Source: a virus (taxonomy: Duplodnaviria; Caudoviricetes). Taken from it: DNA of 64,000 bases. Of the stretch, positions 11,101 to 19,612 are shown piece after piece. The first letter of the stretch is position 1, and each line of letters starts with the position of its first letter. A model generated the notes under the pieces. That model worked only from the letters and a program-made list of their open reading frames with translations. It was not told the DNA's origin and did not search any database. The position numbers and the translations under genes were made by a program. The stretch lies in the IMG/VR virus record IMGVR_UViG_3300021431_000094, positions 35,915 through 99,914 of that record; one strand, 5' to 3'.

Positions 11101-12449
11101 TTGTTGAACTTAGTCAATGCTTTTTGAGTTGCCAACGTGTTCTTACTGGCGGTCTTGATGATGTTCGTGACAGTCTTATTCAAAGCTTTTGTGGTAGCTT
11201 TTGTAGTTGCGGACAATGCCACGGAGCCTGTCATAAAGCCAGCCATGTAGCCTAGCTGTTTGACGGTTTCGGGAATCAGCAGCCAAGGGTCGTTAAAAAC
11301 GTCCTGTCCAGGGCCACGCATAGCACCAGCGAACCGTCCGCCGATAGTCCTCATATCGTCAGTGATGTTGTTCGGGTTCCACGTCTGATATTCCATAAGG
11401 TCTTTTGCCCAGCGGGTCACTGCATTGTCGATGCCTATATTTAATCTGTTCTGAAACCAATTGTCGCTAGGGTTGTAAGCTGCATTGTTAGAGGCATTGA
11501 AGTCAAATACACTGCCTAACATACCTGCTAACGAAGCGACAGTAGATACTCCGTTGGTGATAAGACCGTAGCCTGCATTGACTACACGTTGTCCTAGTGG
11601 GGTATTATCGGCAATACGCTGCTGGACTGTGTTGTATAGGAAAGAGTAGGCGTCGTTTTCACCATACATCCGTAAGATGTCTTTCCATTTGCTGCCAATC
11701 ATTGATAGTTCCGCGTCTGAGAAGTCGAGGTATCTATGACCAAGATGGTTCTTGGAGTTTTCAAACTCACGGTAGTTGGGTAGCAGGTCGTGCATGATAG
11801 CCTTAGTGGAGTTAGGGCTTACGTCCACGTTGTCGTATTTCTGACCCGATTGTATTTGACGCTGGCGGATGATGTTGTCACGCTGGCGTTGCGGCATTGT
11901 TTCCGTTGCCACCAACTTGTACCTGTCGTTTACAACGTCGTTTAGGTACTGTTGGGCCAAGTCGAATTTGCCGTTGGAACGAAGAAGATTGTAGTTATAG
12001 CGGATATTCTTTAATTCTCCTTTCGACCAGTCATCCATGCCGAACATTGCAAGCCTGTCTTGCTGTGTAGCTCTTACAGTGCCTTGACGGAACAAGAAAG
12101 TTTGTTTCCAGTTGTTGATAGGTTGAGGATCGAAATAAGGCACATCTTTCAACTGGTCACGTTGCAGACCCATCAGAGTCGGTGAATCGATGGCATAAAG
12201 AGGATTCAGTTCTGCTTCAATAGGCTTTTGGTTGAACATATTATCCCAAAAGGTTCTAGGATTTTGTTCCTGGATATTCGCCAACTTTTGGGCTTGTTCA
12301 GCATCTTGCTGTTCTTGTTCTTGGAGTTTTGCCTCTACGGGATGCGTACGCAAATAATAGTCTCGTCTATCTTGCAAAGTTTTTTGACGTATTTCGTACT
12401 GTCTTTGACGTATGGCAGCAGAGCTTTCTAGATAATGAGGTATAGGCAT
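5166..12449 (-). CDS. Giant virion cargo/ejection protein (2427 aa)
   Basis: Gly/Ala-rich hydrophobic helices, GEGLEEYLQ motif typical of phage ejection/polyvalent proteins, coiled coils, acidic and Lys-rich linkers. Confidence 0.65.
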   Translation of the reverse strand: MPIPHYLESSAAIRQRQYEIRQKTLQDRRDYYLRTHPVEAKLQEQEQQDAEQAQKLANIQEQNPRTFWDNMFNQKPIEAELNPLYAIDSPTLMGLQRDQLKDVPYFDPQPINNWKQTFLFRQGTVRATQQDRLAMFGMDDWSKGELKNIRYNYNLLRSNGKFDLAQQYLNDVVNDRYKLVATETMPQRQRDNIIRQRQIQSGQKYDNVDVSPNSTKAIMHDLLPNYREFENSKNHLGHRYLDFSDAELSMIGSKWKDILRMYGENDAYSFLYNTVQQRIADNTPLGQRVVNAGYGLITNGVSTVASLAGMLGSVFDFNASNNAAYNPSDNWFQNRLNIGIDNAVTRWAKDLMEYQTWNPNNITDDMRTIGGRFAGAMRGPGQDVFNDPWLLIPETVKQLGYMAGFMTGSVALSATTKATTKALNKTVTNIIKTASKNTLATQKALTKFNNVMASTDHALNLLNAGVVSSVEGVQNAIGTYDDAQHGEYQALATKLGLNPQQNSTFEDILNNLTLHQMADMGASSEDPQQLYDRLYQQNYENLRGYNDMIIDKSREAARKDFWVNAAINGPINMATQQFLFSPAVRDAIHGSRVNRALRQRTEPARQRRLERANSRRTKKGKEPIVMGEDYINPTWAIVKGAIGEGLEEYLQEASTDAAQGSSLHYVDQFLKDYSNADAIEIFSDGLSDADEPNIPTVGAYFRSAGKALFSRQAAESLLLGTIGGMLVPNFNVTAKAKDGSDRNVWLHRGLREDGSEETRWQAIRRAIPLSFTPVANAREAMAYNKQMAEYEKEIKERLKSMVGDNPEKLEDLRSVVKLITLQDRKQDAMLNRDDFVYRNAKLEEAVELSLLFRRRPNSNAAKMYYDAMQRIANMSETSDDAAQLAQIAAEALADNDMYTDDDGNLDTKALFGQIKANAQKLLDIRDRVAKEDKRLNRLYGYNLSVDARKAMIFGSILQDNLAERLDKLTNEVSAVTNQIWKDNLSDRQAFVEDIMKYRSIDNAKNLRAQYEARLLELENELAKEENKDNQKLEDEKKAVEDKLDAVDNYINAPTPFWGIATPGVIASLSPEQRSRFIQDVLNDAANAEDKNKPHYDKQQLEFINIFFEQGNRIDPDFASKARDLGRVQKAYEQTIKDNADIASNPNKLASRIRTNQAIAISRIYEKRVDKLQNETTQEGFDNAMNDIRKDLNASQWTQLQTYILSTEIGKSELYKNWAKRNGYGKMILGQDIYYKLEELRQEYLKDENADKNQVNLTFTNVATVVRALLETVDSIDKLPEAIQNYLKNDKTCTEDMKDVFLRLLRDLPNMISVKENASRRKSETPPAKKGTKEKKKKDDADIEAKQRKGDVAKDDIPEENDDEDNQVDLEMDELLELERKKQEERKKQDTNTQSKEDKKNKKEDFNDENLEPNTDSDILADIVDKLSNVEITDEMSDDEIDSAINDEIGMDEIDSLSNKQLDDIIHTVNLNERIKIFFQNLLDDRTTLKGNPDETIDEAEAVDESSENPGKILPLNGDSEERLLTSQKRTKYVFYGHSDEENTQKGSIGPNSSIVDILESHGALSFVNSGRFADIIRANPNTPIYFLRWKQDTNQMPYLFLAIESEEGDIVMDGRTFQMVGCLGYSDEEGAGEAENRVIKQFLSTMDNDSDFLNGDDFVSTDMYTTKVKQLYTGKYIESEEPHDVTREWLDGRPLVLQFYYGPKNHPIVNLPADVNESDIYRLYVEDELDDRYNGSIWLYFKVADGRWFPSQVTLKMFDRTAYDLDANWDTPFVKELREQAKILFESADIKERLSARHQIYSLLYFLDRDENDRPSTPIIFDDEHVSIMNTGDPASENLESPEALIRYIYENIETRISLHDLYFNENRYQNMPYEDFILQSGILSTTHTVAGNVNGGFTIYEGTETNASKKPVVRTKPTRSTEQRQPSENIKVTIDGITRIYYRTKVGDNFIVTDNEAKKQNQKISSLISAIIDSFNIQNKVVSFQFSGRTYLAELNYPTEDSVEVAWMGTEKQYSERKKEKSMKEAVEGTITGTKSPAQLRAEKLSNAQDQFQDFEFAEDNTADGVTLNATITNSLGKEVNYTFKKCHRIVLRNFPDSIVYVGSFVGGNGKLDTQCLTVIVCDRDGNVVGFESFDNNDGLKTRKPKMYPNDAFNRAAGVSIPNWLEQQGQQVSAEEKAPAPKEAPIPKPNPENKAPRTRSAKTKEDIGTEPNQKSSQQKSSNHVEPSADAITMKPKFKGASEENWENPANDGLYHDDPELVRLWNTYWSLNTLERMDFLMEHPDFLKGPLPLAQAVKHLWEMVNRSIIRRYQEQAEGPDEHGTIKKDDDGYWRWSILFRNALKDGESDEVGEARIVEEDMNKWYEKAGFSFGPYKINGTDWLPFKHECLRRVLSMSMEQGRKWVEQMSNATKSDAKALAENLINCH

Positions 12450-12457
12450 AATGAAAT

Positions 12458-13921
12458 TTATTTAGCAGTCATAACGACATAATTGTCGCTCTTGGTTTTC
12501 ATAATAATGTAGTCCGGATTGTCGAGATTTGGATCAGCCTTAATAGCTTCCTGTACTTTCATAGGTATAGCGGCTGAGAAACCTGTCTTGATATTGGCGT
12601 TGATGTTGTTGCGTATTGGGTTGCCTTTATAGAAGCCATATCCGACAATAGTGCCCGTTTCCGCATCGTTTATATTGTTCACCTTTTTGCCTTTCCCATT
12701 TACACCCATTACAACTTCTCCTTTTGCGTTAAACGCTGCTACTGGTTTTAATGATATTTTAGCACCGTTAACATCATAGAATGAGAATCCTGAAGCGGGC
12801 AGATTGTCAAGTTTTTTATTGGGATTGATTTTCATTGGGTCTGAATCAACCACATTGGCAAAGCCTTTCATAGTCGGATGTTCGTTAATGTCGGGATAGC
12901 CATAGACATTTTCAAAAGAGTATACGGAAGGATCTTCATTTTTAGACTTCTTAGACTTGCCACTATTTGCTACTTGTTCCAAAGTCGTATAATCTACAAT
13001 ATTTGCACCTTTGGGTACAGTTAAACTTGGAACACCTAGACCGTTAACATAAGTACCGTCAGGCAGCTGTGCCCAAGTGTTGTTTAACGTGACCTTGTTG
13101 TTGTGGTCGATAAGGGCATCTTGGTATGCTAGGTTAGAAGTAGCCAACCTCATTTTTTTCAGCTGCTGGTCGAGCATCGGATTCTCCATTGCTTTCATCT
13201 GTTCGAGACCTGCGAAAGCACCGCGTTGGATAGCCATATCATACTGGCGCTTACTGTTGTCGTCAAGGTTGTTGTACTCGTCGCCGTACATTCCTTGGAT
13301 ATTTTGGACGAAAGGAGAGTATGGAGAGTCGTGCTGCATCAGTCCGAGAATATCGTTTGCCGACATACCCTGCGACATCATAATCATTGCGTCGTTCATG
13401 AAGCTTCCGCGTACCTGCGGAGGCATACTAGCAGATATGCTCTTGAACAAGTTTGCGCTCTGTTTCTCCACGTCGGCAGGATTGATGAAGCTGTACTGGC
13501 GGGTAGGCTGTTTGAGGAAATCCCAAAGCGAATATTCGGGACCTATTGCGCCAGGCATCTTACTTCTTGTATCTTTGTACTTGGTAAAGGAGTCGATAGC
13601 GGCAGTCATCTTGGCACCTTTGTCCTGCCATATATTGCGAAGTTGTTTATAGTTTTGGACCAGCTGAGAATAAGGCAGAGTGCCATTGGAGTAAGCCCGG
13701 GCGGTCTGGTCCATGAGGGCGTTGTAATCGGCCATGTAATTGCTGATTTCGTTGTCAGGATCTGTGCCGAGCATGGCTTGAAGCATAGCCGCTTTGTCTT
13801 TCTCGGCATCATATTTTTCTTCCAACTGGCTGTAAGCCTGCCGATAGATTTCGAGCGGGGCAGCGAGTTCCTGGAAAGTAGGAGCCTTGTAAGTAGGCGT
13901 GGGTGCGAAAAAAGTTGCCAT
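12458..13921 (-). CDS. crAss-like cargo protein (487 aa)
   Basis: N-terminus YKAPTFQELAAPL..YSQLEEKY resembles conserved crAss cargo-protein N-termini; lies directly upstream of the giant cargo gene. Confidence 0.6.
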   Translation of the reverse strand: MATFFAPTPTYKAPTFQELAAPLEIYRQAYSQLEEKYDAEKDKAAMLQAMLGTDPDNEISNYMADYNALMDQTARAYSNGTLPYSQLVQNYKQLRNIWQDKGAKMTAAIDSFTKYKDTRSKMPGAIGPEYSLWDFLKQPTRQYSFINPADVEKQSANLFKSISASMPPQVRGSFMNDAMIMMSQGMSANDILGLMQHDSPYSPFVQNIQGMYGDEYNNLDDNSKRQYDMAIQRGAFAGLEQMKAMENPMLDQQLKKMRLATSNLAYQDALIDHNNKVTLNNTWAQLPDGTYVNGLGVPSLTVPKGANIVDYTTLEQVANSGKSKKSKNEDPSVYSFENVYGYPDINEHPTMKGFANVVDSDPMKINPNKKLDNLPASGFSFYDVNGAKISLKPVAAFNAKGEVVMGVNGKGKKVNNINDAETGTIVGYGFYKGNPIRNNINANIKTGFSAAIPMKVQEAIKADPNLDNPDYIIMKTKSDNYVVMTAK

Positions 13922-13944
13922 AATATTGAATTATTAATTAGTTG

Positions 13945-13996
13945 CAAAGATAGAGGAAAAAATGTGTAGGGAAAGTAGTAAAAAGGTTGAAACTTT
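13945..13996 (-). promoter_or_regulatory. Structural-gene promoter: -7 box TATCTTTG plus upstream palindrome
   Basis: TAnnTTTG at 13952-13945 (minus strand); palindrome at 13982-13996; 29-nt spacer. Confidence 0.8.
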
Positions 13997-14003
13997 AAGA
14001 TAG

Positions 14004-14026
14004 ATAGAAAAGATAGATTAGATAGA
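14004..14026 (+). repeat. 9-bp-period ATAGA array between two divergent promoter boxes
   Basis: ATAGA at 14004, 14013, 14022. Confidence 0.7.
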
Positions 14027-14033
14027 CATGAAT

Positions 14034-14085
14034 AAAGGATGAACCTTTAAATGGAACTCAGAGAGGGAAGTACATTGTAATTTTG
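14034..14085 (+). promoter_or_regulatory. Capsid operon promoter: palindrome plus -7 box TAATTTTG
   Basis: aaaggatgaaccttt at 14034-14048; TAATTTTG at 14078-14085; 29-nt spacer. Confidence 0.8.
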
Positions 14086-14140
14086 CAGGTGAAAAATTAT
14101 AACGAACAAAAAAATAATATAATAACAAAAGGAGATAAAA

Positions 14141-15376
14141 ATGGCAGATGATTCTGATAATTACGGAGCAGGAATCGTTCTGGTGGATGATCCCGACTTC
14201 GTCCCTTTGGATGAATTGCTAGGGAAGACAGAAGAGGAGAAAGAGGTAGTAGAAAAGGAAGAGGGCAAGGAACCAGAGGGAAAGGAAGAAACAAAGAAAA
14301 ATAACTCAGAAGCCGAGGGCGAAGAAAAAAACACGTCCGGACAAGGTAGGCAGGAAGAGGAAAAGGAAAAAGAAGTGAGCGAGGACACCGACCCGAAAGG
14401 TCAAGGTTCTCCTGAAACACCATCCTCCATTGCCTTGGCTTTACAAGATTTGAAAAAGGTTGGTGTTCTACGCACACTTGATGATAAGACACTGGCATCG
14501 GTAAAAGAGGCTAGTGAACTAAAAGACCTATTCCAGCAGGAGATAGAGAATCTGCGGAGCGAGGACCAGAAGCGTTTAGCCGAAAATCAGAAGCGGCTGG
14601 AAGAGATACTGAGCACTGGGATGAACCCTAGCGCAGTGCAGTTCTACGAGCGCGAGACGAAGCGGCTGAACGACTATGACGAAAAGATGCTGGAAGAAGA
14701 AGGTCCGAATGGCGATGAAGCGCGAAAAGCCATTTTGACATTGCAGTACCGACTGAAACGATACTCTGATGAAGACATGAAGGAACTCATAGATAAGAGT
14801 TTCGACAGTGGCAAGGACAGGGATGATGCCAAGAAGGCATTGAGGTTCTGCCGAGAGACCTACGACAATGCCTACAAGAATGCCGTCGCTGAAGCCAAGG
14901 AAGCCCGTGAGAAACAGCTGGAGGATAACCGAAAGCGGATGGAAGCCATGCGTGAGGAAGTCATGAACGGCAAGGGCTACCTGGAGGACTTGAAGGTAGG
15001 AAAGAGTCAGCGGGAAGAAATCTTCGACTACATTGGCAAGCCGACGTATGAGTTGAAAGACGCAGATGGCAATGTGGTACGAGACAGTAAAGGAGACCCG
15101 GTGAAAGTGAGTGGGCTGACGAAGTTTTGCCGAGAGCATACAGACGAAGCGAATCGATTGTTTGCCACCATACTGGTGTTAACCAATGAGGGAAAAGACT
15201 TCTCGAAGCTCTTCAAAGGACCGGTAAGCGAAGCGGAGAAGCAGATAAACAAACGGCTTGAAGATGCCTTTGTGAACGGAACCTCGCGTAAGCCGAACGG
15301 TAGCTTTGCACCCACGGAAGGACTCAGCCAGGTGATAGACTTTGACCAGATAAAAGGGCTAGCCACCGACGAATAG
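14141..15376 (+). CDS. Putative capsid scaffolding protein
   Basis: Acidic disordered N-terminus followed by helical coiled coil; immediately upstream of MCP as in crAss-like phages. Confidence 0.7.
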   Translation: MADDSDNYGAGIVLVDDPDFVPLDELLGKTEEEKEVVEKEEGKEPEGKEETKKNNSEAEGEEKNTSGQGRQEEEKEKEVSEDTDPKGQGSPETPSSIALALQDLKKVGVLRTLDDKTLASVKEASELKDLFQQEIENLRSEDQKRLAENQKRLEEILSTGMNPSAVQFYERETKRLNDYDEKMLEEEGPNGDEARKAILTLQYRLKRYSDEDMKELIDKSFDSGKDRDDAKKALRFCRETYDNAYKNAVAEAKEAREKQLEDNRKRMEAMREEVMNGKGYLEDLKVGKSQREEIFDYIGKPTYELKDADGNVVRDSKGDPVKVSGLTKFCREHTDEANRLFATILVLTNEGKDFSKLFKGPVSEAEKQINKRLEDAFVNGTSRKPNGSFAPTEGLSQVIDFDQIKGLATDE

Positions 15377-15415
15377 AGAAGAAAAAGTAGAATATCAACC
15401 AAAAAATAAGAAACA

Positions 15416-16954
15416 ATGCCAAGTAATTTTAGACCGTATCAGTTTACCAGACCTCAGACGATAGCCACCGAGGTCACCCATCGTAAACACCTAGCAGCCT
15501 TGGGAATGTTGAAAGACATCAGCATCCCAGAGGTAATCCAACGATTTGGAACGGAGAATGACGACGTAAATTTCGACACACTCATCAGCAATCAGAAGAC
15601 GGAGTACTTTGACGATGACCGTCCCTTTAGCTGGCAGACTATCGGCCGCCGCCTGAAACGGTGTGAGCTGAAAGAGGCCCGTTTGATGAATGGCGCCGTG
15701 ATTGACGAGAACTACACTGGCGGCCCCATCGGTGTAGGAGGAGAGCATTTCTTCCTCGTCTTTCGTACCAAGCTTTTCCATTTTGGCGAGTTGCTTATCG
15801 GCAGAATGCGCAGCCACTATCAGATGCAGATCGTGCAGCAACCTATCAGTGAGGGCAGCGATACTGTGTACGAGGTGCAGTTGGTGACAGGCAACGACAC
15901 CGGTATGCAGAAAGACCTGCTGTACAGCGGAGAGCAGTTTACCTACGAGTATAGCCTTGCCGAGTCGGAGGGCTCAAATCCCCGTGGCGGTATCAGAGCT
16001 CAAACCATGAGCAGAGACCGCAGTGAATGGACTACCATCCGTAAGGACAAGACCTTTACTGGCCGAGCCGACCGACAGCAGGCATTCCTGGTAGACATAC
16101 CCGTCGTGACCAGTAGTGGTCAGAAAGGTGTTTACCATTCGTGGTTTGACCTGGAGTCGGAGATTTTCCGTGAAGAGTGGAAAGAAGAGAAAAGTCGTGT
16201 GCGTCTTTTTGCCCGCAGCAACCGCACTGCCAGCGGTCTGTACCTGAATTTGGGTGAGAGTGGCAACGTGGAGAAGCAGGGAGACGGTTTCATTGCCCAG
16301 ATTGAGCGCGGCAATGTAGGCGAGTATAACGGATTTGGCCGTTATTTCAGCCTGGAGCCCATGGTGAACATGCTGACCAAGGCCGTCATCGAAGGGAAGG
16401 TGCCTTTGAACCGCCGTAAGTGGGTTGTAGTGACCGGAGCCTATGGCATGAAACAGGCCAGCCAATGGATTGAAAGCCAAACCAAGGGATGGAAACAGTT
16501 GGAGATATCCTCGACATTGGGTATTGTCAATCGAGTATCGAGTAAGGATGCCAGTGTTGCCCTCGGCTATGGTGCCCAGTTTACCACCTACCGCGCACCT
16601 ATGGGAATCGAGCTAAACTTTATGGTGGATGCCCAGCTCGACGATCCCGACAGAAACATGGAGCCTGGCCCCGATGGTATTGGTACGATGAGTTCGTATG
16701 TATACTACATCATGGACCTGGGCAACGAAGCATTCCCGAACTTCGTGAACTGCCGACTGAAAGATACCAAGTTTGAAGATGAGTTCTTCTATGTCATCGG
16801 TGCCCGCAATCCTTGGGGATTTTCTCTGCCTAATAACCTCCGAGCCCATGGCAAGGACGAGAGCTCTATGGGAGTCATGGCCACCTTTGGCGGTTATGTA
16901 CGCGACCCATACAGATGTCTCGTGTATAAGCCTTCGGGCTATGTGCTTGGTTAA
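15416..16954 (+). CDS. Major capsid protein (crAss-like)
   Basis: 512 aa; crAss MCP-like segments (THRKHLAAL, YEVQLVTG, SEWTTIRK, GDGFIAQIE, YRAPMGIELNFMVD); gene order; downstream stabilising hairpin. Confidence 0.9.
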   Translation: MPSNFRPYQFTRPQTIATEVTHRKHLAALGMLKDISIPEVIQRFGTENDDVNFDTLISNQKTEYFDDDRPFSWQTIGRRLKRCELKEARLMNGAVIDENYTGGPIGVGGEHFFLVFRTKLFHFGELLIGRMRSHYQMQIVQQPISEGSDTVYEVQLVTGNDTGMQKDLLYSGEQFTYEYSLAESEGSNPRGGIRAQTMSRDRSEWTTIRKDKTFTGRADRQQAFLVDIPVVTSSGQKGVYHSWFDLESEIFREEWKEEKSRVRLFARSNRTASGLYLNLGESGNVEKQGDGFIAQIERGNVGEYNGFGRYFSLEPMVNMLTKAVIEGKVPLNRRKWVVVTGAYGMKQASQWIESQTKGWKQLEISSTLGIVNRVSSKDASVALGYGAQFTTYRAPMGIELNFMVDAQLDDPDRNMEPGPDGIGTMSSYVYYIMDLGNEAFPNFVNCRLKDTKFEDEFFYVIGARNPWGFSLPNNLRAHGKDESSMGVMATFGGYVRDPYRCLVYKPSGYVLG

Positions 16955-16971
16955 TCCAAGCCAAAAACAAT

Positions 16972-16997
16972 CTGTAGGGCGGGAGACTGCCCTACAG
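16972..16997 (+). promoter_or_regulatory. Strong GNRA-capped hairpin after MCP (mRNA stabiliser, partial terminator or GTAG-REP-like palindrome)
   Basis: ctgtagggcgg-gaga-ctgccctacag, 11-bp stem, no clear U tract. Confidence 0.7.
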
Positions 16998-17066
16998 GTT
17001 CTAGAATAAGAAAAAACATAAAGATATTAAAAGAATCTATAAGAAAATAAAAAAAGGAGATTAAAA

Positions 17067-18032
17067 ATGGCTTATGTAAAAAAAGAAAAACCGTCAGGAC
17101 TTGAAGACAATACTTTGTTGAAAGAACCTGTAACAGAAGAGACACCGAAAGAGGAAGTAGAGCTGAACCCGCTGCGACCAGATGTTATTGTGGTACGTTT
17201 CATTGAACGTTACCGCGGTATCACGGCAGACAAAGAAGGAGACTTCTATGGCGGAATGGGCTCCCGCAGCGAATGGCCGCTGTATGTGCCTACGAAAAGG
17301 GGCAGCAGTGAGTTGATGAACCCGCTGACGAAAGACGAAAAAGCCTACTTTGAGAAAGTGTTAGGTCGCGACCTGAGCGTGTACGGCAAACATGGCGAGC
17401 CGAGCTACTGGCATACGGGAGCTGAAGGAGCCTGGAACTGTGTGGTGTTAAAGAAAGGTGGTTTGGTGTTACGCCTAGACAATATCCGTGATTACTTCTA
17501 CTACAAGATTCTTTTGCTGCATAAAGAGATAGTAGCAGGAAGTCTTGAAGAGCTGGAGAACAATCCGCGTGCCACCCAGCTGTTCTACATGAGCAGTGAG
17601 AAAGCCGAGATAGAGAACAAGAGTAAGAAGGCCAACATGAAGTATGAGACATTCATGAAGTACGGCAAGTATCAGAACGATGAAGAGGTGCTGCGCTATA
17701 TCATCTTTATGATGGATAACCGCCATGAGTCTCGACTTGTGAGCCTTGACATGTTGCAACTGAAAGTGACGAACTATATTGACAATGACCTGAAACGGGT
17801 AAAAGGCTACTTCGACGACCCGATGTTGGAGACCAAGGCCCTGCTGGTAGCTGCAGCGCGAATCAAAGAAGTGCTGTATGACCAGAACACCGGTTTCTTC
17901 TATACCAAGGAAGAGCATTTGAAGATGTGTTTTGATGGAGAGGAGCCGAGGCTTGGGAATGCGGCAAAGTGGCTGAACGAGCCGGAGAACCACGACCTGT
18001 ACATGAAGATACAGAGAAAACTGAGAAAGTAA
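17067..18032 (+). CDS. Conserved crAss-like protein downstream of MCP
   Basis: Position after MCP; LMNPLTKDEKAYFE..LG.DLS.Y..SYW and LRLD..DYFYYKILL pattern. Confidence 0.7.
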   Translation: MAYVKKEKPSGLEDNTLLKEPVTEETPKEEVELNPLRPDVIVVRFIERYRGITADKEGDFYGGMGSRSEWPLYVPTKRGSSELMNPLTKDEKAYFEKVLGRDLSVYGKHGEPSYWHTGAEGAWNCVVLKKGGLVLRLDNIRDYFYYKILLLHKEIVAGSLEELENNPRATQLFYMSSEKAEIENKSKKANMKYETFMKYGKYQNDEEVLRYIIFMMDNRHESRLVSLDMLQLKVTNYIDNDLKRVKGYFDDPMLETKALLVAAARIKEVLYDQNTGFFYTKEEHLKMCFDGEEPRLGNAAKWLNEPENHDLYMKIQRKLRK

Positions 18033-18042
18033 GGAGGAGGAC

Positions 18043-18855
18043 ATGGCAAAAATTGAAACATACACATATGAAGGCAACCCTATCACCTTTACAAAAGACA
18101 ATAATGTGATGGTGAATGCGACTGAGATGGCTAAGCCGTTCGGAAAGAGAATTATTGATTGGCTGAATAATCAGTCTACCAAGAACTTTATTGCAGCATT
18201 ATGCGAGGTGAGAAAAAGCGTCTCGTCTGATTTAGTGAAAGTTATACATGGTGATAATGGTGGCACCTGGATGCATGAAGATGTAGCCATGGAGTTTGCC
18301 AGATGGCTTTCACCTATATTCGCCATCTGGTGTAATGACCGAATTAAAGAACTTATCAGTAAAGGTTATTCAATGATGCCTGACTTTTCGAATCCTGCCG
18401 AGGCTGCCCGAGCATGGGCAGACGAATATGAGCGCAGACAGCTGGCCGAGAGAGAGAACCTAAAGTTGACTGAGCGAATCGAGGAGATGGAGCCGAAGGT
18501 CAGTTATTATGACCAGGTTCTTCAAAGTCCTGACCTAGTGACCACTACGCAGATAGCGGCAGATTATGGAATGTCTGCCAAGACGTTCAATCAAAAACTT
18601 GCTTCATTGGGAATACAGCGCAAAATGAATTGCCAATGGTTACTTAGAAATGGATATACGCAGTCTAAGACAAGTGCCGTGGAGAATGGCAAAGGTGTAA
18701 TGACAGTGATGTGGACCTATTGGACGCAGAAAGGCCGTTTGTTTGTTTATGATTTATTCAAACAAAACGGAATCCTGCCTTTGATAGAACGTGATGATAC
18801 GAAGCAGGATGACTGCCCTGTAATAGTAAGAAAAATTGTAATCACAGAACTATAA
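18043..18855 (+). CDS. KilA-N plus KilAC/ANT phage antirepressor-family protein
   Basis: MVNATEMAKPFGK..GTWMHEDVAMEFARWLSP (KilA-N); PKVSYYD..TTTQIAADYGMSA..WTQKGRLF (KilAC). Confidence 0.9.
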   Translation: MAKIETYTYEGNPITFTKDNNVMVNATEMAKPFGKRIIDWLNNQSTKNFIAALCEVRKSVSSDLVKVIHGDNGGTWMHEDVAMEFARWLSPIFAIWCNDRIKELISKGYSMMPDFSNPAEAARAWADEYERRQLAERENLKLTERIEEMEPKVSYYDQVLQSPDLVTTTQIAADYGMSAKTFNQKLASLGIQRKMNCQWLLRNGYTQSKTSAVENGKGVMTVMWTYWTQKGRLFVYDLFKQNGILPLIERDDTKQDDCPVIVRKIVITEL

Positions 18856-18858
18856 GAA

Positions 18859-19551
18859 ATGACTACTAGGAACAAAGAGCTTTACGACACCTTCCAGCTG
18901 TTTTACGACAACGTGAGCAGCCAACAGGCTCCAGGTCTGACTTTGGAAGAGATAAGCATCTACCTGAGCGATGCCCAGAACGAGCTTGTGCGAACATTGT
19001 ACGAAAGTTATGAGTATGATGAGCGTTCTCGTAAAGCCTTAGTTCCATTGGTCAATAGTTTGATAGTGACCCCTAGTGTAGTAAGTCTGGAGAAGATAGC
19101 GGAAGAGAGCGTATTTTACAAATTGCCCACAATCACAGATGATATGGGCGAAGAGAAGAATGCTGTGTTATACGTTATCTATGAAGTGTTGAGAAGACGT
19201 AAGAGCGTAGGAAGATGCAAAATGCAGAAAGACGTGTTATTGCAACCGATAGCGCATGACGATTTCTACAATGTGTATAGGAACCCGTTCCGATATAACG
19301 AGCGGAGGGGGCTGCGGTTAGACATTGGAGGAGCCGGTGACATTTACGCGGAAGTGGTATGCAAGAGCCAAGGGGACTACTTTGTGTGTTATGTGGAGCG
19401 GCCCACGCCGATAATACTAACGGAGGGGACAGTGGCAGACTATGCGATAGACGGATTCAATCGAGAGCGAGAACCTGTGCTGGACCCGATATACGACAAT
19501 GTGATAGTGCAGGCGGCAGCGACTAAAGCCTATCAGCATTATAAGTCATAG
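18859..19551 (+). CDS. Putative head-tail ring protein
   Basis: FQLFYDNVSSQQAPG..EISIYLSDAQNELV, Y.ERPTPIIL; crAss ring-protein pattern. Confidence 0.7.
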   Translation: MTTRNKELYDTFQLFYDNVSSQQAPGLTLEEISIYLSDAQNELVRTLYESYEYDERSRKALVPLVNSLIVTPSVVSLEKIAEESVFYKLPTITDDMGEEKNAVLYVIYEVLRRRKSVGRCKMQKDVLLQPIAHDDFYNVYRNPFRYNERRGLRLDIGGAGDIYAEVVCKSQGDYFVCYVERPTPIILTEGTVADYAIDGFNREREPVLDPIYDNVIVQAAATKAYQHYKS

Positions 19552-19612
19552 GATAGAGGTAACGAAAAAATGTTTCAAAAAATAATATGTTTCACTAAAA
19601 AATTAAAGAATT

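Noticed and set aside
13226-13969. Long antisense or overlapping ORFs (e.g. 13226-13969, 17475-18101, 51303-51941, 31805-32002)
   Set aside because: Shadow frames of well-supported genes or of the structured RNA, with no motifs or initiation signals
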